Source: Ylistrum balloti | Taxonomy: Eukaryota | Assembly: GCF_031769215.1 (NCBI RefSeq) | Contig: NW_026782173.1 | Span: forward strand, 806,001-870,000 | Direction of reading: 5' to 3' | DNA: 64,000 nt | Part shown: piece after piece, positions 12,590 to 23,202 of the stretch | How the letters are laid out: each line of letters opens with the position of its first letter | Position numbering within the stretch: the stretch's first letter is position 1 | Made by a program: the position numbers and the translations under genes | The notes under the pieces: model-generated | The model's database searches: none | Told to the model about the DNA's origin: nothing | The model's input: only the letters and a program-made list of their open reading frames with translations

Positions 12590-13283
12590 CCATGATTATA
12601 ACATTTACTCTCTTATTTGTAGCGTCCCTAAGGTGTTCCTTCAACCAGTCCATTTGTGTTCCTGATATTGCACCATTTAACTTAAGGAAACGACGACACA
12701 TTCCACGAAGTCCGTCAGGATCGTTCAAATTCTCCTTTGGATTATTGCCCTTTATTATTGTCTCGGCCTCTTTATAAGCAGGCGAGTCTTCTGACAATCC
12801 CAACATGCTTATTTCATAACAGTTAAGCACGACAACTTTCAACTTCCGATGTATGCTGAATGAGTAGTAAGATTTCCCCTTTGGACATGTGCATTGCGGC
12901 ATGTTACCACTAAATAGAGGGGTGCTCATGAGTTCTTCCTGTGTGAAATTATAGAGCTCATGGTTTCCCCATGTGTGATATATCGGACCCGGAAACGCTT
13001 TCAGTACTTCAAGAACCGTTCTTAAGGCACTTTCCGAAGCCTTCTCCTCTTTGTTGAATCCGTCGATGACATCACCAAGTTGAAGGACACAATTTGCTTC
13101 TTCCGCTGTCCAGTCTGATACGGCTCGTTGTAACAAGGTCAAGGCCTTTCGATAAAATCTTAATCGTGTTTTCCGGAAATTGTATCTATCTTCTATATCA
13201 GCATATTGTACATCCGCGATGATGCCCATCTTACACACCACTTCCTTTTCCTTTGTCAGTTCAGTGTTTCCGTTGCAATCCAT
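12590..13283 (-). CDS. ADPRM: ADPRM paralog 1 (Mn-dependent ADP-ribose/CDP-alcohol diphosphatase), coding exon 1
   Basis: Motifs GIIADVQYAD, YNF..TRLR.Y, QLGDVIDG and HTWGNHE of the ADPRibase-Mn metallophosphatase family. Donor ATG G|GTAAGT at 12589. Acceptor 16 nt upstream of the ATG. Confidence 0.95.
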
Positions 13284-14096
13284 ACTGGTATTTTTGCACC
13301 TGTAAAAAGCACCAGTAAATAATAACGGTCAAATTACATAATCATCATTATTTTGATAATGTGAAACAGCATAATGATGATTCGTCAACATATATTTAAA
13401 AATCCATCTATCGAAATCAAATTTGAATAAGAAATTCAAATAATACCTGAACATTTCAGTATCGGTATAAAGCTGACAACTGATACCAATTCCCAGTCTC
13501 ATAATATACATGCTGTACAATGAGCAAGGGGTCGGGAATCGGTTCAAAGCCCTGTAAAGTTGACTGATCATAAGATAGTGATTTTCCGCGGATAATTTGG
13601 ACCACTCAGACTAACTGAAATGGTACACTGAACGTGTGATTTACATACTATTTAGGCCTCAGTTTTTATGTCTATGTATATATTATGATGTAAGATTGGT
13701 GTTACTACAGACTTGAATGGTTCCGTAAAATTATTCGATATACATTGTCTATAAGTAAAACCCATTTCACAGCTTGTCCAAATACGACCGAATTTTTCAA
13801 CCTTATACCTTCATTATATTATTATCATTAATTGGACTAATGCAAGTCTATTGATATGTTACACGTACAGTGTGTGTATACATACACACGCTAGTGTTAT
13901 TGTGTGTGAACTACTCGCTATACATATATAATGTATCTCGATTGACATTTCATGTATAAACATAAACATAATTCAGTTAACGTTTAGTAAAACTATCTAA
14001 AGTCTTTTGCATGTCACATATACCAATCATGCTTAAACAGCTACTCTCGTACTTGTAAATCATATACATTTGTGGAGTAGTGTTCTATTAACCTAC

Positions 14097-14200
14097 CTGA
14101 CTGACCTCCGTCACCCTCTTTCCTTGCGTGGCTTTTGCTATCATTGAGGACCTGTTGACGTTGTTGACTAGTATCTGTTCAGACAATGACGTCAGCGGTG
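14097..14200 (-). promoter_or_regulatory. Candidate non-coding 5' exon of ADPRM paralog 1 with a full CRE palindrome (TGACGTCA, 14187-14194)
   Basis: Minus-strand donor CAG|GTAGGT at 14096. The acceptor at 13300-13301 requires an upstream exon. The GC-richer island contains TGACGTCA. The upstream boundary is not determinable. Confidence 0.35.
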
Positions 14201-16070
14201 CAGTTCATACTAAAACAAGTCACTAGCTTGACAACATAACAACTTCCAACTTCTCTCAAGTGTCACAGAAACACTAGGTCGGGGTGGAAACTACGGAAGG
14301 GAGATAACTCTAATATAAAACACACACGGAAACACTGTAATCTGATCTGGGTAAATAATGAATAAGGCATGAGCTACACGTAAATACAAGGACAGACATG
14401 TTGTATGTTACTAATATGCGTTAAAGCTAATTAACTGTATTGTCCATAAAACAATTTGCTTACTGAATTATTTACTTAAAAGTTATCATGGAATTATAAA
14501 GAAGTTTGTTGTATAGTCTGTTATATACAATGTACAATGTACACTGAAGCACAACGAAGCTTATTGCGGCGTATAATTCAAGCCTCGAGATAATTAGCAC
14601 CAGTGCACATGTCTCCTTAGCAACTCATTGTCAGCGAACTTTCCATGCACGAGTGACCTCTCTTGCATTACTAGGTTAATTTACAAATGTCGCCGTCACC
14701 CGAATATGAATGAAGAAATAAGTGAAATGGGACTTATTATGAAAAAAATTAATGTGTTTAAAAAGGAACGTTGTTATACTTTCCCAAAGAATGTCACTTA
14801 ACAATATTGTTCCTCTTCTTAAACATGAAAATAATGTTAATGGAATCATCTGTTTCATGCATGATTTGGTTCATAACTTACTCTGTTACATGTGACTGTC
14901 TCGTGTGACAATCTATTACTACAAGAAAGAGGACGAGATGAAAAAATCTTTGTGAATTGTGAAATTATCATCTTCCGGCCTTTAATCAAACGCCAATAAC
15001 AAAATTAAGCTTATCGTATGTCTTCGTCATACAACAACACTGTACGTCATGTAATATAACAAGATCCAACAGTTATTAGATACAAAACATTACAAAGAAA
15101 ATGTACCCGTGGTATATCAATTAGCGATTAGAAATTAGCTTGATTGGCAACGAGGAAAAATAAAGCAAAATTCAAAATCAACTGTAGTGGTATGATCATA
15201 ACAAAGCCGCTGGGTTCGATGTTTCACTTTTATTAAGAGAGAAACATTCCAGAAAAATACAGAGACAGACTTACTGACAAAAGAATCCAACCGTTCACAC
15301 GGAGAGAGAACAATAATAGAAAGACAGACACTTTCAACCAATCTTACAACTTCATCAAAGTCCGTCAAGTGTCACATGTCGAGTCTGTAGCTGACCACAA
15401 CTTACATACAACACACATACATACGTACAAAGCTAAAAACAAAGAAACGTACTCGACAACCAATTCAGTATATTGTACTAAACGACAAATTAATTTATTT
15501 TAAATCCAACATAATTTGACAATTATATTATAACTTAATATTTTTGACCTTGTTACATAACTACAAAAATAGCTATTAACTGGCCTGAGTTTAATAATTA
15601 AGTATATGTAGTTACTTTAAGTTGGAAAGTCAAGGTAAAGGATAAACAAAAATGACTCCCCCCTCCTCCCCTCAAATGGTTAGTTAGAGCGACTACGAGA
15701 CAAATGTTTGAAAATGTATAAAAGCCCACTATGTACACGTACCTGTATCAAGACTATAAGGAAAATTATATCACGTGAGATGAAGCTGCATTAATGCCGA
15801 TCAATACACAAGTTAACGTTTTGAAAAAAAGGTAATTAATATGGGACAGTCCTCGAGTTACCGTTGTATCTCGACATCATATTAACCTTGTCGTTAACTT
15901 AGGAACTTTCCAGTTAGTAACGTGTTAAATGACGTAAGGTCATTCCGTTTGATTATGATGTCACAATTCAAATCATGCCAACTTTTCTCATTATTGGTCG
16001 ACCAGTATATTACACTTGAAACATTAAATGAATTTTCCGCACTTGAAAACGTCTTTTTCTTAAGTTATAT

Positions 16071-16372
16071 CTAGCTGATTGGAAACTTGAGTTTTGCTTC
16101 GTGGGATGAGTAACTTCCCATGCCCTTTATGACTAATCGGTCACTGTAGAGGTAGGCTGTTGCATTAGCATCCATATCTTCACTTTCTATAACTCCGGCA
16201 AATGTTACGTGTAGTATACCGGAACTGTCCACGTAACTTCCGCCCTCGTGGTAATGACCGGCGAAGTAGCAGAGTACACACGCGCTGTATGTAGCTATTG
16301 CTGCCATGATTTCTGCGTAGTTTAAGCATAGAAACATGTTGTTTGTACTCTTCTCACAAATCGGAACATGAC
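16071..16372 (-). CDS. ADPRM: ADPRM paralog 2, coding exon 2 (329 aa total)
   Basis: Acceptor tttttcctatttaag| restores G-H-V-P; contains CYFAGHYHEGG; TAG at 16071-16073. Exon sizes 688+302=990 nt, in frame. Confidence 0.93.
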
Positions 16373-16702
16373 CTTAAATAGGAAAAATACAAGATTCATT
16401 AATTAGTTTCTGTACCTGGATCTGCCAGCGACAAACACATATTACGGATCAACAGTATTTGTCATTAGTTCAATGTAATGCGATCTGTTTAGAATTTAAA
16501 ATGAATTCGTCTCTCACTTGCTACATTGTCACGTTTAACTGAATTCGTTACAAAAAGTACGCAGTGACACGAGTTATATGATTTTAATATGACCGTAAAA
16601 CAAGGCAGAAAAAACGACGAAATTTCTACGTCATCAAATTGGATGTACAAACCGATTAATATTCATTAATATACACGCTCATATATTTATAAGAAAGCTT
16701 AC

Positions 16703-17390
16703 CCATTATGATGACGTTTTCCTGATCTTCTTCAGCCTTTTGTAAAATTTCTTTCAACCATTTCAGTTGGGAATTTGACACCATTCCATTAAATTTGACA
16801 AACCGACGATTTGATCCCTGCAATCCATCTGGATTGTTCAAACTCTCATTTGGATTATTTTTTGAGATCAGTTCATAGGCCTCTTTGTATTCTGCGGAGT
16901 CTTTTGGTAGACCCAACATACTTATTTCATAACAATTCAGTACCACAACTTTCAGCTTCCTGTGAATGTTGAACGAATAATACGTCTTTCCATCTGGGCA
17001 TGCGCACTGTGGCATGTTACCACTGAACAAAAGGGATCTTTTAAGCTCCTCCTGTGTGAAGTTGTACAATTCATGGTTTCCCCACGTGTGGTAAATTGGA
17101 CCCGGAAATAGATTTAAAATATCAATAACTGATGCAAGTGCACTTCCGGAAGCGTTGTGTACTGTGTTCAATCCATCTATGATGTCACCGAGTTGAAGAA
17201 CACAATCCACTCCCTTGATTGTCCAGTTGGTAACCGCTCGTTCGAGTTTACCAAGAGATTTCCTGTAATTTCTTAGTCGTGTTTTATGGAAGTTGTACCT
17301 TTCTTCTAAGTCGCCATACTGGACATCAGCGATGATACCGAAACTGCATTCTGCACCTAAACAAACTGATTCTGGACAATTCAGAGTCAT
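16703..17390 (-). CDS. ADPRM: ADPRM paralog 2, coding exon 1
   Basis: Motifs GIIADVQYGD, QLGDIIDG and HTWGNHE. Donor ATG G|GTAAGC at 16702. Acceptor ttattttccag| 5 nt before the ATG. Confidence 0.95.
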
Positions 17391-19910
17391 GATTTCTGGA
17401 AAATAAATATGTTATCTTTACATGATATATTTAGACAAATTATTTATGTATAACGGTAATAATACAAACGATTGTTATGTTACAATGAACATGGTTACTT
17501 TCAGACATGCTGATCGCTGATGCACTACCACGTGTATTTCTTAAAGTAGACTTAAATCGCCATGCATCATTAAGTATAGAAATAAAATTTTCAATGGTTC
17601 AAAGTGATAACAATAATCTTGTTATATACACTCATAGTTCATCAAATCTAGTAAACCAGTCTTTCGAGAATCTTACATATTGTATATGATTCGGTAAAGA
17701 TGTACAATCTGGACATGCCAGTAAAGGTATGACTGTGTTTATGGGTCACTCTTTATTATATACCGGATGTATCAACAAATTCAACTGCCACGTCACCGAA
17801 AATGATTTCACAACAACGTGTAAAATAAAGGGAGGCAACTCCCGTGAGTTTTTGTGGCCAACATAGGCAATGCCCACCCTCTAAATGAAACTTCGCTTTT
17901 CTTGCATACCAAAGACGATTAATAGCTCTCAAAACGAATCTAGTACTTTAAATTAATATTTATATAGGGTGACGTGACATGTAATTTTAATTTGTTTTAT
18001 AGAATGTCGTGTTATGACCTTAAAATCAACGGAACCACAAGTATCACTATTATGTCCGTCTACACAGAGTAACCAGACGTGGGAAACATCGGACAAATTT
18101 GAGACAGCGAGATTTGTACTCAAAGTATCATGCCAATATTGATGGACGGATATTATATAATTACAGAAATACTTCTCCATCCTCTAAGAAGAAAGAAGGA
18201 TACAAACTACACTTGTTAAGATTATACTACACTTAGATACATAGGCATTACACTAACCGTATTATATTTTCATTTCCGTTTGTATTTCATACCTACATTA
18301 AATATTATTTCACAAACAAAATGGTACAGTCCATTCCGAACATAATAACAGATAATTACAATCGTTATATTATAAAAAAAAATCAACATGACAAGCCATA
18401 TTGCATCAACATTAAAACAATTTTATTTTCCTTGAATACTTTCAGAATTTAACATTTCATGTCGTTTCCTTTAGATAAAAATATTTCTTATAAATCATTT
18501 GAAAGACATTTACATATTAATACTGTATTAGAAATATACAATTGGAGAAATGTATCACATGACATACACAACACAGATAAAACTTTAACCAAACAATTTT
18601 ATGTATCCCGCACTCCATTATTTTACTCCAGTTACTAAATGTCGTAAATTGATTAAAGATCAATTAGTGCATGCTCCATATCAATAAATACTTTCAACAA
18701 TTAGTTAGGATAGGATCACTCTATGGATTTCGTTTTATTTCATATCATTTGTAAGAGATGTAAAAATGTGTTTTCCATTACAAAAATACAAATAACTATT
18801 AAATAAAATGATTCTCAATCACAATCAACAGTTTTATTTCAGGAAATAGATATTTCAGGTGTTAACTACCGTCATACATTTTTTGAAGGATAAACAAGAA
18901 GCTTTTTATTAATACGCATAAAATCAACCTGCATTATGTTTTAAAACTGATGAACAAAAGCAAAGAAAAGTAGAAATACTTGTTTTAGAAGGGAGATAAC
19001 TCCCACAGCTAAGTCAATCATGACGAGATCAGGTTGAAATTGCATTAGACTTCCTCTTTTGTGTTATATACATGTTTTGATCAGTGTGAAGACACAATAG
19101 TAAGCATTAATAGAGGACTTAATAATGTAGACTAAACTATATAAATTGCATATAGAGGCACTTGATGTTCTGATTAGGCTAGGAAAGGACAAATGTACAT
19201 CGTAATTCAAATAAAAATATTGTGAAGTGTGGTGAACTTTTATAAGAAATATATAGAAAGAAAATTAAAATTACCCCTGAAACAGAAATATTTCGGACAT
19301 GTAAAGATAAAACTAAATTTGTAACATTGATAAGCTGACTGAATTAATTATCTACTTATATGAGAAGTACCTCAATGAAAAAAAAAAAAAAAAAAAAACA
19401 TGGGTCATTGTCACAAATGAATTATTGAATGACCATATACGACCGAGACAACCATTATTAAAAATAAAACGGGGAAAGTCATGAAACCTAAAAAATAAAA
19501 GTAGATGTATAGTTTTATCTACACCTATGTGTATTATTAACATGGTCCCTTAAACCTACCAACTTTCATTAAAATTCCCAAAGACAAAAAACCAAAACTA
19601 AAAAATTATGTCAAATTATTAATGTAAATGGGAATCAAATCAACAACGACAAATTACATCGGAAATAAAAGAAATAATTTAATACTACACTTCCAAGGTA
19701 AGAAAATAAAAAAGGGAATATTAGTCTCATATAACTATATAAACCAAAATGACTATTAGAATTGATTGAAAATAAATATTTGATAAAATCCGTTATAATT
19801 CATCCTGAAGTTAGATATCAAAATGAAAAAAGTCATGTGTTGCGGATATGTATATGGTATGATCTAAGTTTATGTAAACCAAACATGACCTGTCTGTCTT
19901 TTTTCTATAA

Positions 19911-20212
19911 TCATGTGATAGGGTATCTGAGTTTTGTTTCAAAGGAAGGATAACTCCCTTTCCCATGTATGGCGAAGCTGTCTTTGTAGAGGTAGGCTGT
20001 AGCATGGGCATCTGGTTCCGAACTTTCCACAGTTCCGGGAAAAGTCACGTGCAGAATTCCGGAACTGTCCACACAACTTCCGCCTTCGTGATCATGTCCG
20101 GCCAAATAACAAAGTACACATTCTCCGTGATTCGACAGTATTTTCAAAATGTCCTCATGGTCATAACATAAACATGCACTGTCTGCACTTCCCTCATGTA
20201 TGGATATATGTC
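19911..20212 (-). CDS. ADPRM: ADPRM paralog 3, coding exon 2 (333 aa total)
   Basis: Acceptor tttttgttttctag| gives GHISIHEGSADSACLCYDHEDILKILSNHGECVLCYLAGHDHEGG; TGA at 19911-19913. Exon sizes 700+302=1002 nt, in frame. Confidence 0.93.
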
Positions 20213-20791
20213 CTAGAAAACAAAAATATTGATATGTTTACCAGTCTTAAGAATATTTTACCTATATTTTCATATATACCATTTTATCAATCAATAATGC
20301 TATTTCATTAATTGGTTCTGATTTTTTAACAGTAAACAAACACGGAAATAAATATTTTGGCCCTTATCTAGCAGTTTACACACACAAATGTGTATCAAAA
20401 AGAATAAAGGTAATGCAAATCACGTTACCTACATATATGCATCGCTAAGCGTGAACCTCCAGATTGGCACTATGTTTAAAATAGGTTTTTGTACAGATAA
20501 ACATGAAGATTTGCTAAATCAAGTGGTTTAATCGCCGTAGGCAATATAAAACACAACACTGCTTGTACCTGACATGATATTTGACATCATTCATGATCAT
20601 TAAACAGAGAATTCGAAATAATGTCAACATTCTGTTGTTAAACATATACAACATGATGAAACCGATCCCTTCCAGAGCATGTCACACCGAAAGACACTTT
20701 GGTAGAGATAGGATCAAAGTGAAATAAGTTTTTCTCTGTAAACAAAATGTCCTGAATCAAGACGTGGTAAAGTAAAATTATCACAACATAC

Positions 20792-21491
20792 CAATAATGA
20801 TAACATTAGTCTCGTTCTCTCTGGCCTCTTGTAGGGTCTCGTTTAACCACTGCAGTTGTAAGGAAGACAAAGTACCATTAAATTTCACAAAACGCCGATC
20901 TGTTCCAGTAAGACCCACCGGAGAGTTAAGATCCTCGTTTGGATTTTTATCTCTGAGCATTTTTTCTGCCTGTGTATACTCTTCAGATCCCTCTGGTAGT
21001 CCAAGCATGCTTATTTCGTAACAATTCAATACCAAAACCTTTAACTTCCTGTGAACATGGAATGAGTAGTAGGACTTTCCTTCAGGACATGTGCACTGAG
21101 GCAAGTTACCGCTAAACAGAACTGAGTTCATTAGTTCTTTCTGTGTGAAGTTGTAGAGTTCATGATTTCCCCACGTGTGGTAAACCGGAACCGCAACATG
21201 TTTAAGCGCTTCGGTTACTGTTGCTAAGGCACTATCGGACGCATTCTCAGCTTTGTTGAACCCATCGATGATGTCACCAAGTTGAAGGACGCAGTCAACA
21301 TTTTCAGTGCTCCAATCCGTAACGGCCCTTTTCAGTAAGGTCAAAGCCTTTCGATAAAACCGTAAACGTGTTTTGGTGAAATTGAAACGATCCTCTAGAT
21401 TTGCATACTGTACATCAGCGATAATGCCAACTTTACATATGGGTTCTTGATGATTTTGCGTGGATGATTCAGATGTACAGTTTGTTAACAT
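20792..21491 (-). CDS. ADPRM: ADPRM paralog 3, coding exon 1 (start MLTNCTSESS at 21491)
   Basis: Motifs GIIADVQYAN, QLGDIIDG and HTWGNHE. Donor ATT G|GTATGT at 20791. A strong acceptor tcgtcttcttttccag| lies 18 nt before ATG 21491, so the longer ORF-track start at 21563 is probably intronic. Confidence 0.94.
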
Positions 21492-21935
21492 ATCCAAGAC
21501 AATGTTGATCTGGAAAAGAAGACGATTCCGTGAAAAGAACATAAACTTAATAACAAATCTCAAAAAGACATTTTGCCTATTCGTGTGCTAATTTTCGCCA
21601 CAATATTTAAAATACAGTTTTCACTGCTGTAAATACACAGATATTTACTCAAGAAAGAATGCATGTACCAATCAAGATATGTTTCAGAGATAAAGATTTA
21701 TTGTGCATGTTATGAAGTAATCGAACAAGTATTTTTTTAAAATTGACCTCATGGTTCTGCTGTGTTCGTAAGCGATCGTTACCATTGTTTAACATATCAC
21801 ATTATCTACACAGAATCATTGCAGATGTCAATTAATAAGATAGAATATAGTTTTTGTTGTCACAATACTAGACCCCAGTAATGATAATATCTGAATGTGC
21901 ATTTTATGGTATGTACATTGTTGTACTCCGAGTAG

Positions 21936-22290
21936 TCGGACAATCTGTCATCCACATTCTGGTGTGTGGCACATTGAATGGATGGATGATGGATCATTCA
22001 CTTTCTAGTGTGTGGCACATTGAATGGTTGGACGATGACTCGTCCACATTCTGGTGTGTGGCACATTGAATGGATGGACGATGACTCGTCCACATTCTGG
22101 TGTGTGACACATTGAATGGTTGGACGATGACTCGTCCACATTCTGGTGTGTGGCACATTGAATGGTTGGACGAAGACTCGTCCACATTCTGGTGTGTGGC
22201 ACATTAAATGGTTGGACGATGACTCGTCCACATTCTGGTGTGTGGCACATTGAATGGTTGGACGATGACTCGTCCACATTCTAGTGTGTG
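21936..22290. repeat. 46-bp minisatellite, ~7.5 units, each with a 7-bp-stem hairpin
   Basis: Consensus tgtggcacattgaatggttggacgatgactcgtccacattctggtg. The cgtcc motif recurs at 22041, 22087, 22133, 22179, 22225 and 22271 (period 46). Internal inverted repeat TGGACGA-tgac-TCGTCCA. Confidence 0.97.
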
Positions 22291-23071
22291 TGTAACAAAA
22301 TGAGTAAAAAAATGGGTTTAATGGTAATTTTGGAATGGTGTGTATCGTAGAGAGCAGCATCTTAGTTTAAAGTACATCAGGTCAAAAGTCAGTTAATCCC
22401 GTGAGTGATAGATAGTGATGCACGCCTGATAACGGGCGGGGTGTGTACCCAAGTGGTGAAGCACCGTGGCAGAATATCGCCATTATGATTGATCAGGACA
22501 GGTAGATGCTTTCTTGTATGCCTCGCGCTGGCGAACACATTTGTAAGTAAACAAGATAAGAAACAATGTATAAGGTAGATCAAAGATGGGAAGTTGATAA
22601 CGGGTACTCCTAGTCGCACGTGCCTTCATAATTAGATGCTCCGGGGGCTGGGTTATTGTTGTCCAGTTGAGACTAGGCTTAAATTAAGTATTTGGGTATT
22701 ATTTATACAAAGATAATTGCCAGCAGAAGTGTAGTCGAGTCTGGGATCGAGTAGCTAGAGAGAGTTGGGAGTCGGACGTGCAGACGGGCAGAGTCCCGTA
22801 TGGGACCTGCTCCGCGATGGAGTGGGTCCTGGCCAAGTTGGCCCATGGACATTTGTATGGAACTCTTTGATATGGACGGGCAGGTTTTTCGTTGTTGTCT
22901 GCCTTACACAGGTGTTTAGTTTTGGTGCCACGACATGATGCTGTATGTTGATTAGGAACTATCTTTTGTAATGGATACTAACGCGAAGTACTAACTATGG
23001 AAAACCACTATACGATGAAATAAAAGTTTCGGTCAACCCAAGTAAACACTGTGTTTAGTCATTGTGTTACA
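22291..23071 (+). mobile_element. Solo LTR (781 bp) of an LTR retrotransposon inserted into the minisatellite
   Basis: Begins TGTAACA and ends TGTTACA (inverted TG...CA termini). 5-bp target-site duplication GTGTG at 22286-22290 and 23072-23076. AATAAA at 23019-23024. GC-richer than the flanks; no internal coding region. Confidence 0.88.
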
Positions 23072-23202
23072 GTGTGGCACCCTGAATGGCTAGATGATGA
23101 CTTATCAATAATCTGGTGTATTGCATTCTGAATGACTGGACAATGTTTCGTCCACATGTTGGCGCACTCTAAATGAATATTTGGACGGTGACTCGTCCAC
23201 AC
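23072..23202. repeat. Three degenerate units of the same 46-bp minisatellite on the far side of the LTR
   Basis: gtgtggcaccctgaatggctagatgatgactt..., ctggacaatgtttcgtccac and ttggacggtgactcgtccac continue the array register after the TSD. Confidence 0.85.

Noticed and set aside
11970-21021. ORFs 11970-12179, 12499-12777, 19965-20171 and 20797-21021
   Set aside because: Alternate-frame or antisense shadows of ADPRM exons.
21492-21563. Extended N-terminus MRFVIKFMFFSRNRLLFQ for ADPRM3
   Set aside because: It reads through a pyrimidine tract and AG acceptor that parallels the acceptors before the ATG in copies 1 and 2.
21936-22290. CRISPR-like appearance (regular repeats with hairpins)
   Set aside because: Units abut directly with no unique spacers, there are no cas genes, and the context is eukaryotic. 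The ORFs at 21881-22360 are by-products of the repeat.
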